Shown here in pieces: positions 18,066 through 28,529 of a stretch of 32,000 nucleotides of DNA. Under the pieces are notes generated by a model that saw only the letters and a program-made list of their open reading frames with translations, searched no databases and was not told the origin of the DNA. How positions within the stretch are numbered: the stretch's first letter is position 1; each line of letters starts with the position of its first letter. This stretch comes from an uncultured Chloroflexia bacterium (lineage in GTDB: Bacteria; Chloroflexota; Ktedonobacteria; Ktedonobacterales; JADMIN01). Position numbers and translations under genes: made by a program. The stretch is from NCBI GenBank assembly GCA_963718915.1, contig CAVRAI010000015.1, positions 960,001 through 992,000 on the forward strand, given 5' to 3'.

Positions 18066-18369
18066 AGAATGAACATGATAGTAGAAGTAGAGAGGTGGAA
18101 TGTGTTTCTGGTCGCGCGCAGCGCGGAAAAATTTGGAGAAATCTCACAGCTCGCTATCAGGCGAAAGCCAAGCAATGTATTGCTGGTGGCGTGAACAGGG
18201 ATACCAAAAGCCGCTCTTCAAAGGTATGTTCGTTGCGCATGCGCGCTGTAAAGCCCCGCTAAAGTCCTGCCCATGAACTTGCGGAGCGATCCGCCTCGTC
18301 GTAATGATTGCGGTGAGCGCGCGGGAGGTCGCTCCTCCTTGCGCGCGCTCCGTGGGGCAGACCGAACCC

Positions 18370-18494
18370 AGTGCTTCGTGGCGGTTCGTGGAACAACAAC
18401 TCCAGGAACGCGCGCGCGGCCTACCGCAACGACAACAGGCCGGACAACTTCAACAACAACGAAGGGTTTCGGCTCGCTCTGGCGCGTGCGGGGG
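18370..18494 (+). repeat. DGR template repeat (TR), non-coding, AAC-rich
   Basis: It contains 28 adenines and 10 AAC codons in the VR-equivalent register (aacaacaac, aacgacaac, aacttcaacaacaacgaa). All 97 non-A positions are identical to the VR, while 13 of the 28 A positions differ. The ORFs overlapping it (18273..18572, 18371..18607 and antisense 18218..18565) look like by-products of the repeat. Confidence 0.9.
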
Positions 18495-18705
18495 ATGATC
18501 CAGCGTTTCCGGCCAGTAAATCCGCACGAGTCCCGCTTGCGGGAGATCGACGGACGCGGCCCCATATGCTGAACCAGCGCGGTCTTGTCCCGGCTGAGGC
18601 CAGATGACGCCGTACACGTCCATGTGGCCAGCTAAATATAAAATATGCCTGCCTCCCGCAACCGACTGAAAACGTCGGCAATAACGGCTGTGTGGTGTGT
18701 CACCC

Positions 18706-18735
18706 CTGCCGCGATGCGCGGGGCAGACGCTTTTT
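18706..18735 (+). terminator. Intrinsic-terminator-like hairpin plus T5 run downstream of the TR
   Basis: The stem is ctgccgcg / atg / cgcggggcag, 8 bp with a 2-nt bulge. It is followed after 4 nt by ttttt (18731-18735). Confidence 0.4.
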
Positions 18736-18810
18736 CCTTGTGCGATCCACCTCACCAGGAGTACACCCCGCGCCATCAAAGCGTACCGATTAACTCCGAA
18801 CAGCGTGCTG

Positions 18811-18892
18811 GGGTGAGCCAGCCGGAGCCTGCCAGCGAATTTCCGCCCTCAAGTGACGCTCTGCTCATTCGCCGTAGCGTTTACGCTACGGC
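18811..18892 (+). repeat. ~80-bp structured repeat, copy B (inverted partner of 16483-16562)
   Basis: The sequence is gggtgagccagccggagcctg...gcgaattt...cattcgccgtagcgtttacgctacggc. It contains the internal hairpin gccgtagc-gtttac-gctacggc and the gcgaat/attcgc arms. Confidence 0.75.
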
Positions 18893-18989
18893 TTGCCGCG
18901 CCCGCCACGGCGCATGGTGTTCGGAATAAAACGCCCGCGCTCCTACAACCGCCCGCCCCCGCTCGCCATCACGACGCCTCTGCGTCCCC

Positions 18990-19493
18990 TCACACGATAT
19001 CGGCGTCGCCAGTCAGCACGCGCTCGCCGCGCTGATTCTCGATCCACACATCGGCCTGTCGCGGCTTGTCCGGCTCGGCTGCTCGCAGCACTCCCTTGCA
19101 CGTGAGCGTATCGCCTGGACGCACCATCGCCTGGAAGCGCACCCGCAGCCTCCCCAGCCGTCCGTGGCCTGGAGCGGCTGTGAGCCAGTCGGTCAGCGCC
19201 TGCCCCGCGAACGCCATACTGAGCATGCCGTGGGCAATCGTACCGTCGAGGCCAACCGAACGCGCAACATCAGGGTTGATGTGGATGGGGTTGTGATCGC
19301 CGCTGACATCGGCATAGGCGTCAATCTGCGCCTGCGTCACCGTCTTGATCAGCGCTGGTAATGGCTCGCCCTCGCGCTCCTTCGCCGGTTTGCTGGCTGC
19401 GGTTGCGGTCGCGGCGGTTTCCCCGGCACGATGTCGCGCACGATGATCGTCGCCTTCCCCGTGACCGCGCGCTCGCCCGTGGCGGTATCGCAT
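18990..19493 (-). CDS. MaoC-like (R)-specific enoyl-CoA hydratase / dehydratase hotdog domain
   Basis: VTQAQIDAYADVSGDHNPIHINPDVARSVGLDGTIAHGMLSMAF is the MaoC dehydratase signature. The only in-frame start (ATG 19493) gives an odd Arg/His-rich N-terminus that overlaps the upstream gene by 145 nt, so the true 5' end is doubtful. Confidence 0.7.
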   Translation of the reverse strand: MRYRHGRARGHGEGDDHRARHRAGETAATATAASKPAKEREGEPLPALIKTVTQAQIDAYADVSGDHNPIHINPDVARSVGLDGTIAHGMLSMAFAGQALTDWLTAAPGHGRLGRLRVRFQAMVRPGDTLTCKGVLRAAEPDKPRQADVWIENQRGERVLTGDADIV

Positions 19494-19852
19494 AACTGCT
19501 CGATGGTCATCAGCGCCATGCCACGAGACTGGCGGATGCTGGCGATGCGGTGCCGTACTGTCACTGCGTCGCCCACGCCAATCGGGCGCTCGTACACATA
19601 TTCCTGCTCGCCGTGTAGCACCTGCGAGTGCTCGGTATCCAGACCAGCCTCGGCGAACGAGACAATGAAGCGTGTTACGAAGGTTGGTGGCGCGGGAATC
19701 GTGGTGTATCCGGCGGCGCGGGCGGCGCTTTCATCACGATAGATGGGCGAGCTATCGGCGATGGCGTCGGCGAACTGCTGGACGGCCGTCGCGCTTATGA
19801 CATCGCTTTGTGGCGATGTCTCGTGTCCGACGAGTGAAGGATCGAGCGGCAT
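19349..19852 (-). CDS. MaoC dehydratase N-terminal-type hotdog domain protein (HadA / FAS1 DH N-domain-like)
   Basis: ATG 19852 follows gggggag. The sequence reads MPLDPSLVGHETSPQSDVISATAVQQFADAIADSSPIYRDESAARAAGYTTIPAPPTF...HGEQEYVYERPIGVGD. The listed ORF extends to 19930. Confidence 0.7.
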   Translation of the reverse strand: MPLDPSLVGHETSPQSDVISATAVQQFADAIADSSPIYRDESAARAAGYTTIPAPPTFVTRFIVSFAEAGLDTEHSQVLHGEQEYVYERPIGVGDAVTVRHRIASIRQSRGMALMTIEQLCDTATGERAVTGKATIIVRDIVPGKPPRPQPQPANRRRSARASHYQR

Positions 19853-20055
19853 AGAACTCCCCCTGTGATGTCCGCTAATTTCGGCGGGTCCGGCTGAGCG
19901 ATCCCGCACGAAATCGGTGAGATTTTTCACTGTTGCAGCGCCTGCTTCTCAGGGTAACATATGTGTAGCCTCATGGCGTAGTAGCCAGAGAATATAGAAC
20001 ACCTGCACTACTTCGATGACTTTATCGCTATTTGACAATGGGAGGATCCCCACAC

Positions 20056-21615
20056 ATGTCACCCTTCAGCAAAGTCTCGGCAAAGCAATGGCTCTCGCGC
20101 GAAACGCTCACCAGCGGCGCCGCGTTGATTGCGCTCGTCGCGCTCGTAAAGCTGGTGGCGCACCTGCTGGTGGTCGGCAACTTCGGCTACTTTCGCGATG
20201 AATTGTACTATATCGAGTCCGGGCGGCACTTTCAGACTGGCTACGTAGACTTTGTGCCATTCATCGCGTGGCTCGCGGGTGTCCTCCAGATCGTCGGCGA
20301 TAATCTGGTGGTCCTGCATATCTTCAGCGCGCTCGCCGGGACGGCCCTGGTCGTCGTGACGGGGCTAATGGCGCGCGAGATGGGCGGCGGGCGCGTGGCG
20401 CAGGGATTGGCGGCGCTGGGGACGGCGGTGATGGTTACTTTCCTGGCAACCGGCTCGCTCTTTACGATGGATGTTTTCGACGAACTGTGGTGGGGACTCG
20501 CCGCCTACGTATTCATCCTGCTGGTCAGCCGACAGAATCCAAAATTGTGGCTGCTCTTTGGACTTATCGCGGGCATAGGCGTCTTTACCAAGCTAACGAT
20601 GCTCTTCTTCGGCCTGGGGCTGGTCGTGGGCATGCTACTGACCTCCCGGCGCAACGATTTTCGCACGCGCTGGCCGTGGCTCGGCGGCACGATAGCCTTT
20701 GCCTTTCTCGTTCCCTGGCTCATCTGGGAGTTCGCCAACGGCTGGCCAACAAAAGAGTTCTGGGGCAACTACGGTGGATTCGCCTCTGGCTCACCGCTGG
20801 ATTTCCTCGTCAGCCAGCTCTTCACGATGAACCTGTTCAACCTGCCGCTGGTCATCGCGGGCTTCGTCTTTTACTTCCGCCGACCCGAAGGCAAGCCATA
20901 TCGCGCGCTCGGCTGGCTCTACGTTTTCCTCTTTGTCTTCTTCACGCTGACCCGCGCCAAGTCGTATTTTCTCTCGCCGTCCTATCCTATCCTGTTCGCG
21001 GGCGGCGCTATCGTGCTTGGTCAGGCGTTCACTCGCGTTCCATCGCGGCGCTACGTGGGCATCGCCTATGTGACACTGCTGGTCGCCAGCGGCATCTTCT
21101 TTGGCCTGGGTGTCATGCCCGCGCTGGGACCGCGGACCTATAGCCGCTACTATGGCTGGGTGGCGGCGGTATCCGGCGCCAATCAGTCGGCGGGCGGAGA
21201 GGTGTATCCGCAGATATTGGGTGACCGGCTCGGCTGGGATACAATGACTGCCACTGTTGCGAGCGCTTATGATAAGTTGCCCGCCGACCAGCGCGCGCAG
21301 GCATGCATTCTCACGTTGAATTACGGTGAGGCAAGCGCGCTCAACTTCCTCGGCCCGAAATACGGCCTACCACCATCTATCAGCGGCCACAACAACTACT
21401 ACATCTGGGGGCCAGGTAACTGTAATGGTCAGGTGATTTTGACCGTGGGCTTTGCCCAGGCGGACATGCTCAAGGGCTACGACACCGTGCGTCAGGTGGC
21501 GACGATCACCTGCAAAGACTGCCAGCCGGAGGAGAACAATCTGCCGGTCTATCTCTGCACGCAGCCCCATGCCTCGCCAGTTGACGCCTGGAAAACCGTC
21601 AAGCACTACAACTAA
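20056..21615 (+). CDS. Glycosyltransferase family 39 (ArnT/PMT-like) polytopic membrane protein
   Basis: ATG 20056 follows gggagga. It has many TM segments and the N-terminal loop FGYFRDELYYIESGRHFQTGYVDFVPFIAWL, which is typical of GT39/PMT_2 proteins. Confidence 0.75.
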   Translation: MSPFSKVSAKQWLSRETLTSGAALIALVALVKLVAHLLVVGNFGYFRDELYYIESGRHFQTGYVDFVPFIAWLAGVLQIVGDNLVVLHIFSALAGTALVVVTGLMAREMGGGRVAQGLAALGTAVMVTFLATGSLFTMDVFDELWWGLAAYVFILLVSRQNPKLWLLFGLIAGIGVFTKLTMLFFGLGLVVGMLLTSRRNDFRTRWPWLGGTIAFAFLVPWLIWEFANGWPTKEFWGNYGGFASGSPLDFLVSQLFTMNLFNLPLVIAGFVFYFRRPEGKPYRALGWLYVFLFVFFTLTRAKSYFLSPSYPILFAGGAIVLGQAFTRVPSRRYVGIAYVTLLVASGIFFGLGVMPALGPRTYSRYYGWVAAVSGANQSAGGEVYPQILGDRLGWDTMTATVASAYDKLPADQRAQACILTLNYGEASALNFLGPKYGLPPSISGHNNYYIWGPGNCNGQVILTVGFAQADMLKGYDTVRQVATITCKDCQPEENNLPVYLCTQPHASPVDAWKTVKHYN

Positions 21616-21632
21616 GGATTCCACGCGAGAAG

Positions 21633-21641
21633 TGGTATAAT
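21633..21641 (+). promoter_or_regulatory. Extended -10 promoter element (TGgTATAAT) upstream of pth
   Basis: tggtataat lies about 125 nt upstream of the pth GTG start. No good -35 was seen. Confidence 0.35.
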
Positions 21642-21767
21642 ACAAAACGGTCATTTGTCGTCCGCTGGTGAAGCGGCGGCAGACAATCACAGGGGGGTCG
21701 CGCTGGCGGCCGCCCTTTGTGCTGTGCGCGTGACGGCGAATATCGTTGGTGATAGCGGGGGACGAGT

Positions 21768-22334
21768 GTGAAACTGATCGTGGGACTGGGGAATCCCGGC
21801 ATTCGCTATGCCCGCACGCGCCATAACGTTGGATTCGATGCCGTTGATGTGCTCGCGGATCGCCAGGGGTGGCGCTTCGACGCGACGCGCAGCCATGCCA
21901 GGCTGGCGAGTGGTGTGATCGGGGATGAGAAAGCGCTGCTGGCCAAGCCACAAGCTTTTATGAACAATAGCGGCGTTGTTGTCGGTGACCTCGTCCGCTT
22001 CTACAAGCTCAATCCAGCGCATGATCTGCTCGTCATCTGCGACGATCTCGATCTGCCGCTGGCGCGTATCCGCCTGCGCACACGTGGCGCCGCAGGGGGA
22101 CAGCATGGGTTGGAGTCTATCATCGAGCACCTGTCAACAAGCGCCTTCGTGCGCATTAAAATTGGGATTGGGCGGCCAGCGCACGGTCGCGATGAGAACG
22201 TTGACTTTCTCTTGAGCATGCCGCGTGGTGACGAGCGCATCATGCTCGATACCGCGATTGACCGCGCCGCGGACGCCGCATTCTGCTGGCTCACCGAAGG
22301 CGCGGATGCTGCCATGAACACCTACAACGGCTGA
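21768..22334 (+). CDS. pth: Peptidyl-tRNA hydrolase
   Basis: (GTG)KLIVGLGNPGIRYARTRHNVGFDAVDVLA...FMNNSGVVV...DDLDLPLARIRLR..GGAGGQHGLESI is the canonical Pth signature. Confidence 0.92.
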   Translation: MKLIVGLGNPGIRYARTRHNVGFDAVDVLADRQGWRFDATRSHARLASGVIGDEKALLAKPQAFMNNSGVVVGDLVRFYKLNPAHDLLVICDDLDLPLARIRLRTRGAAGGQHGLESIIEHLSTSAFVRIKIGIGRPAHGRDENVDFLLSMPRGDERIMLDTAIDRAADAAFCWLTEGADAAMNTYNG

Positions 22335-22446
22335 TATTTCTCCCCTCCTTGCTAGGGGGCTGGTATGCGAGGCGTTAGCCTCGGAGCGCGCGAAGAGCGC
22401 GCGTAGTGCCAGCGTCCCAACGGGAGGGGCCGGGGGAGAGGTTCTG

Positions 22447-25959
<3,513 letters not shown>

Positions 25960-25978
25960 AACCAGGTGCTGCGTATGG

Positions 25979-27658
25979 CTATACCCGCTCGTGGATGACT
26001 TGCCCGCCGACGAGGGTCAGATCCACCTGCACGTCCTTTATCGCTTCTGGAGGCAGGTGGAACAGGTCGTCCGAAAGCACGACCAGATCGGCGTGCTTGC
26101 CTGGAGTGAGCGATCCACGGTTCCGCTCGCAGAAGTTGGCGTAGGCGCCTCCCATCGTGTAGGCATAGAGCGCCGTTGGCAGATCTATCGTCTGCTCGGG
26201 TGTCCATACGGCGCCGCCATCGAGACTGCGCCGTGTCAGCGCGGTGTAGATGCCGAGCAGCGGCTCCATCTCGGCGACGTTCCAATCGCTCGAAAACGCC
26301 AGCGGAGCGCCCGCCGCATGGAGACTGCGAAATGGCCATGCCTGACTCCACCGCGCGGAACCCACGGCATTGGCCCAATCGTGCCCCGGCCCAGCAATAT
26401 CAGGCGCACAGTGCCGTGGTTGCATGCAGGCCACCACACCAAGCTCAGCGAAGCGCGAGATATCGTCGGGAGCCAGACACTCTACATGAACCAATTGATG
26501 GCGCGCGTCGCGCGGGCCATTGGCGTTGCGGGCATACTCGATGGCATCAAGAGCGGTGCGAATGCCACGGTCACCGGTGGCATGGGTAAACGTCTGGAAG
26601 CCGCGCCGATCCAGCTCCGTCACCAAGTGTGCGAATTCGTCAGGGGTGTAGAAGGTCTCTCCGCTCCACGCCGCACCATGCGCCGCGTGGTCGCCACTGG
26701 CATCGTTGGCATAGGGAGCCAGAAGCGCGGCGGTATGCGGTTCAACGACATCGTCAATATACAGTTTGATAGGTCCAACACGAAACCGGTCATCGTCGTA
26801 GCGATGGGCCGCGTCGGCGAAGGCATCCAGGTCAGCGGCGGTCGTGCCGCGCGGATGAAACAATGCCGCTATCAGGCGCGATTTCAAGACACCCTCACGT
26901 TGGGCGCGCTCGAAGAGTGGTAGATCGTCGAGTGAGTTCTGCGGCTCCACAATAGTGGTTATCCCACAGGCGGCGGCAAGGCGCAGGCTGTGGAGCAATC
27001 GGCGATAGCGCCGATCTTCGCTGGCCCACGGCACATGGCCGCTGAGCGCGCGTTGGCCGTCGCGCGCAAGTCCTCGAACCGCGAATTCAGTCACGAAGCC
27101 AGTAGGCTCACCAGTAACCGGATCAGCCCGCGCGACCCCAAACGGCAGCGACTGACCGCCAGCATGAATATCCAGGCGTCGCATCGCCTCGGAATTGAGC
27201 CAGATATTGTGCACATCATAGGTGAAGACCAGCGCGGGGTGGCTGCCCGTGATGCTATTGAGGTCAGCGGCGGTCGGCATGCGCCCGTCAGGAATCGCGG
27301 TGTAACTCAGCCCTTCAGCCTCGACCCAGTCTGCCTGCGGATGCTCACGCAGCCAGGCGGTGATGCGCGCGCGAATATCTTCGAGACTTGTGGCGCCCGC
27401 CAGTTGAACGCAGTCCGCGTCTGAGCCAAGCCGAATATGATTGTGACTGTCGATGAAGCCTGGCATGACGAATCGCCCCGCGACATCCAGCACCGTGGTT
27501 TCCGCGCCGATGTGTTCGCCGACTCCCTCATCCTCGCCAATCCAGATGATCTGCCCATGACGGATTGCGATGGCCTGCGCCCAGGGTATCGTAGAATCAA
27601 GGGTGTACGCGCGAGCATGCTGGATAACGAGATCGGCTGGCGGGTGAGATTGGTTCAT
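25979..27658 (-). CDS. Amidohydrolase family (Amidohydro_3, YtcJ-like) metal-dependent hydrolase
   Basis: 559 aa, ATG preceded by aggag. GRFVMPGFIDSHNHI carries the HxH metal motif. The C-terminal GSLTPGKHADLVVLSDD is typical of this family. Confidence 0.8.
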   Translation of the reverse strand: MNQSHPPADLVIQHARAYTLDSTIPWAQAIAIRHGQIIWIGEDEGVGEHIGAETTVLDVAGRFVMPGFIDSHNHIRLGSDADCVQLAGATSLEDIRARITAWLREHPQADWVEAEGLSYTAIPDGRMPTAADLNSITGSHPALVFTYDVHNIWLNSEAMRRLDIHAGGQSLPFGVARADPVTGEPTGFVTEFAVRGLARDGQRALSGHVPWASEDRRYRRLLHSLRLAAACGITTIVEPQNSLDDLPLFERAQREGVLKSRLIAALFHPRGTTAADLDAFADAAHRYDDDRFRVGPIKLYIDDVVEPHTAALLAPYANDASGDHAAHGAAWSGETFYTPDEFAHLVTELDRRGFQTFTHATGDRGIRTALDAIEYARNANGPRDARHQLVHVECLAPDDISRFAELGVVACMQPRHCAPDIAGPGHDWANAVGSARWSQAWPFRSLHAAGAPLAFSSDWNVAEMEPLLGIYTALTRRSLDGGAVWTPEQTIDLPTALYAYTMGGAYANFCERNRGSLTPGKHADLVVLSDDLFHLPPEAIKDVQVDLTLVGGQVIHERV

Positions 27659-27839
27659 GACGATAGACTCCTGTTGCGCATTTGTGAGTCGGTGTAGTGA
27701 GTATGCCGCTGAGACTCATTGACATGTTACTCGTGAATCTCCAAAGTGTGAAGCGACGTTTTCACAAGAGGCTACCACGTCCAGGTAGTTCAGGGCGGTA
27801 AACCTTATTCACCCGCATGCGCACAGGAGATGTTATTCT

Positions 27840-28508
27840 ATGTCTACGACGCGGCTACATTTCATTCGCCACGGCGAATCGTACTCCAATGTGCCGCACG
27901 AAGGCAGAGTCGTCTCGGGCATGCACGGCGATAAGGGGCTGACACCTCACGGCGTTGCCCAGGTGGAGCGGCTGCGCGACCGGCTGCTGGCGACGGATGA
28001 GCTTGCCGCCGATGTTGTGTTGGCGAGCACATTGCCGCGCGCCGGGCAGACCGCCGAGATTCTCGCGCCCGTCTGGGACTCGCCTATCCTCTCCGACGAC
28101 GACTTGCACGAGCTACGTCCCGGCGAGTCGGATGGCCTGCCGGTCGCGGTGGCCCGCGAGCGCTATGGCTATACCGACTTTGCGGAGTGGGCCTATCGCC
28201 CAAAGTCGCCCGGAGGCGAGACCTGGGGCATGTTCGTTTTGCGCGTTGGCACGATGCTCGACCGCGTTACGCGCGACTACGCGGGCAAGACCATCGTGCT
28301 TATCACCTCCGGCGGCGTCATTCATGCGACGTTTCTCGTCTTCTTCGCCCTGCCATCGCTTCAGCCGCCACATGCATGGTTCGCCACCGAAAATGCCAGT
28401 ATCACCAGCTGGGAGCAACGTCCCTGGCGCAATCAGCCGTCCGTCTGGACGCTGCTGCGTTATAATGACACGTCGCACCTGAACGATCAGCAGCGGTATA
28501 TGACATGA
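27840..28508 (+). CDS. Histidine phosphatase (phosphoglycerate mutase) family protein, paralog 1
   Basis: LHFIRHGESYSN carries the RHG catalytic motif. Other family segments are GLTPHGVAQVERLRDRL, ASTLPRAGQTAEIL and TSGGVIHA. Confidence 0.85.
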   Translation: MSTTRLHFIRHGESYSNVPHEGRVVSGMHGDKGLTPHGVAQVERLRDRLLATDELAADVVLASTLPRAGQTAEILAPVWDSPILSDDDLHELRPGESDGLPVAVARERYGYTDFAEWAYRPKSPGGETWGMFVLRVGTMLDRVTRDYAGKTIVLITSGGVIHATFLVFFALPSLQPPHAWFATENASITSWEQRPWRNQPSVWTLLRYNDTSHLNDQQRYMT

Positions 28509-28529
28509 CAGACATGACCAGGGGGTATC

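Larger units (their letters stand above)
16733..18735 (+). mobile_element. Diversity-generating retroelement locus (target gene + VR + TR) lacking a linked reverse transcriptase or Avd
   Basis: The call combines the VR/TR pair, the FGE/CLec-fold target and a non-coding TR unit ending at a terminator-like hairpin. No RT-like ORF appears in any frame of the window. Confidence 0.7.

Noticed and set aside
18100-18276. A 58-aa ORF with an SD-like sequence between VR and TR, considered as a candidate Avd accessory protein.
   Set aside because: It is about half the length of known Avd proteins and is Cys/Trp-rich. I cannot recognise a four-helix-bundle pattern in it. It lies in an AT-rich, atypically composed stretch, so it is kept only as a note inside a finding.
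18368-18607. The ORF 18371..18607 ([43 protein letters not shown]...) could be read as a truncated second FGE-sulfatase gene or gene remnant.
   Set aside because: It has no upstream domain, start context or SD. Its homology to the real gene starts and stops exactly at the 125-bp repeat. Its differences from the gene copy are confined to its own adenines. It is better explained as a DGR template repeat than as a pseudogene fragment.
22335-22446. The G/C-rich intergenic region between pth and mfd, with short hairpins (cgaggc-gtta-gcctcg and gcgcgc-gaaga-gcgcgc) and partial tctcccctcc / ggaggggc complementarity. It was considered as a regulatory RNA or repeat.
   Set aside because: The stems are short (6 bp), are self-complementary GC repeats and are not followed by U-tracts. 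No second copy occurs in the window.
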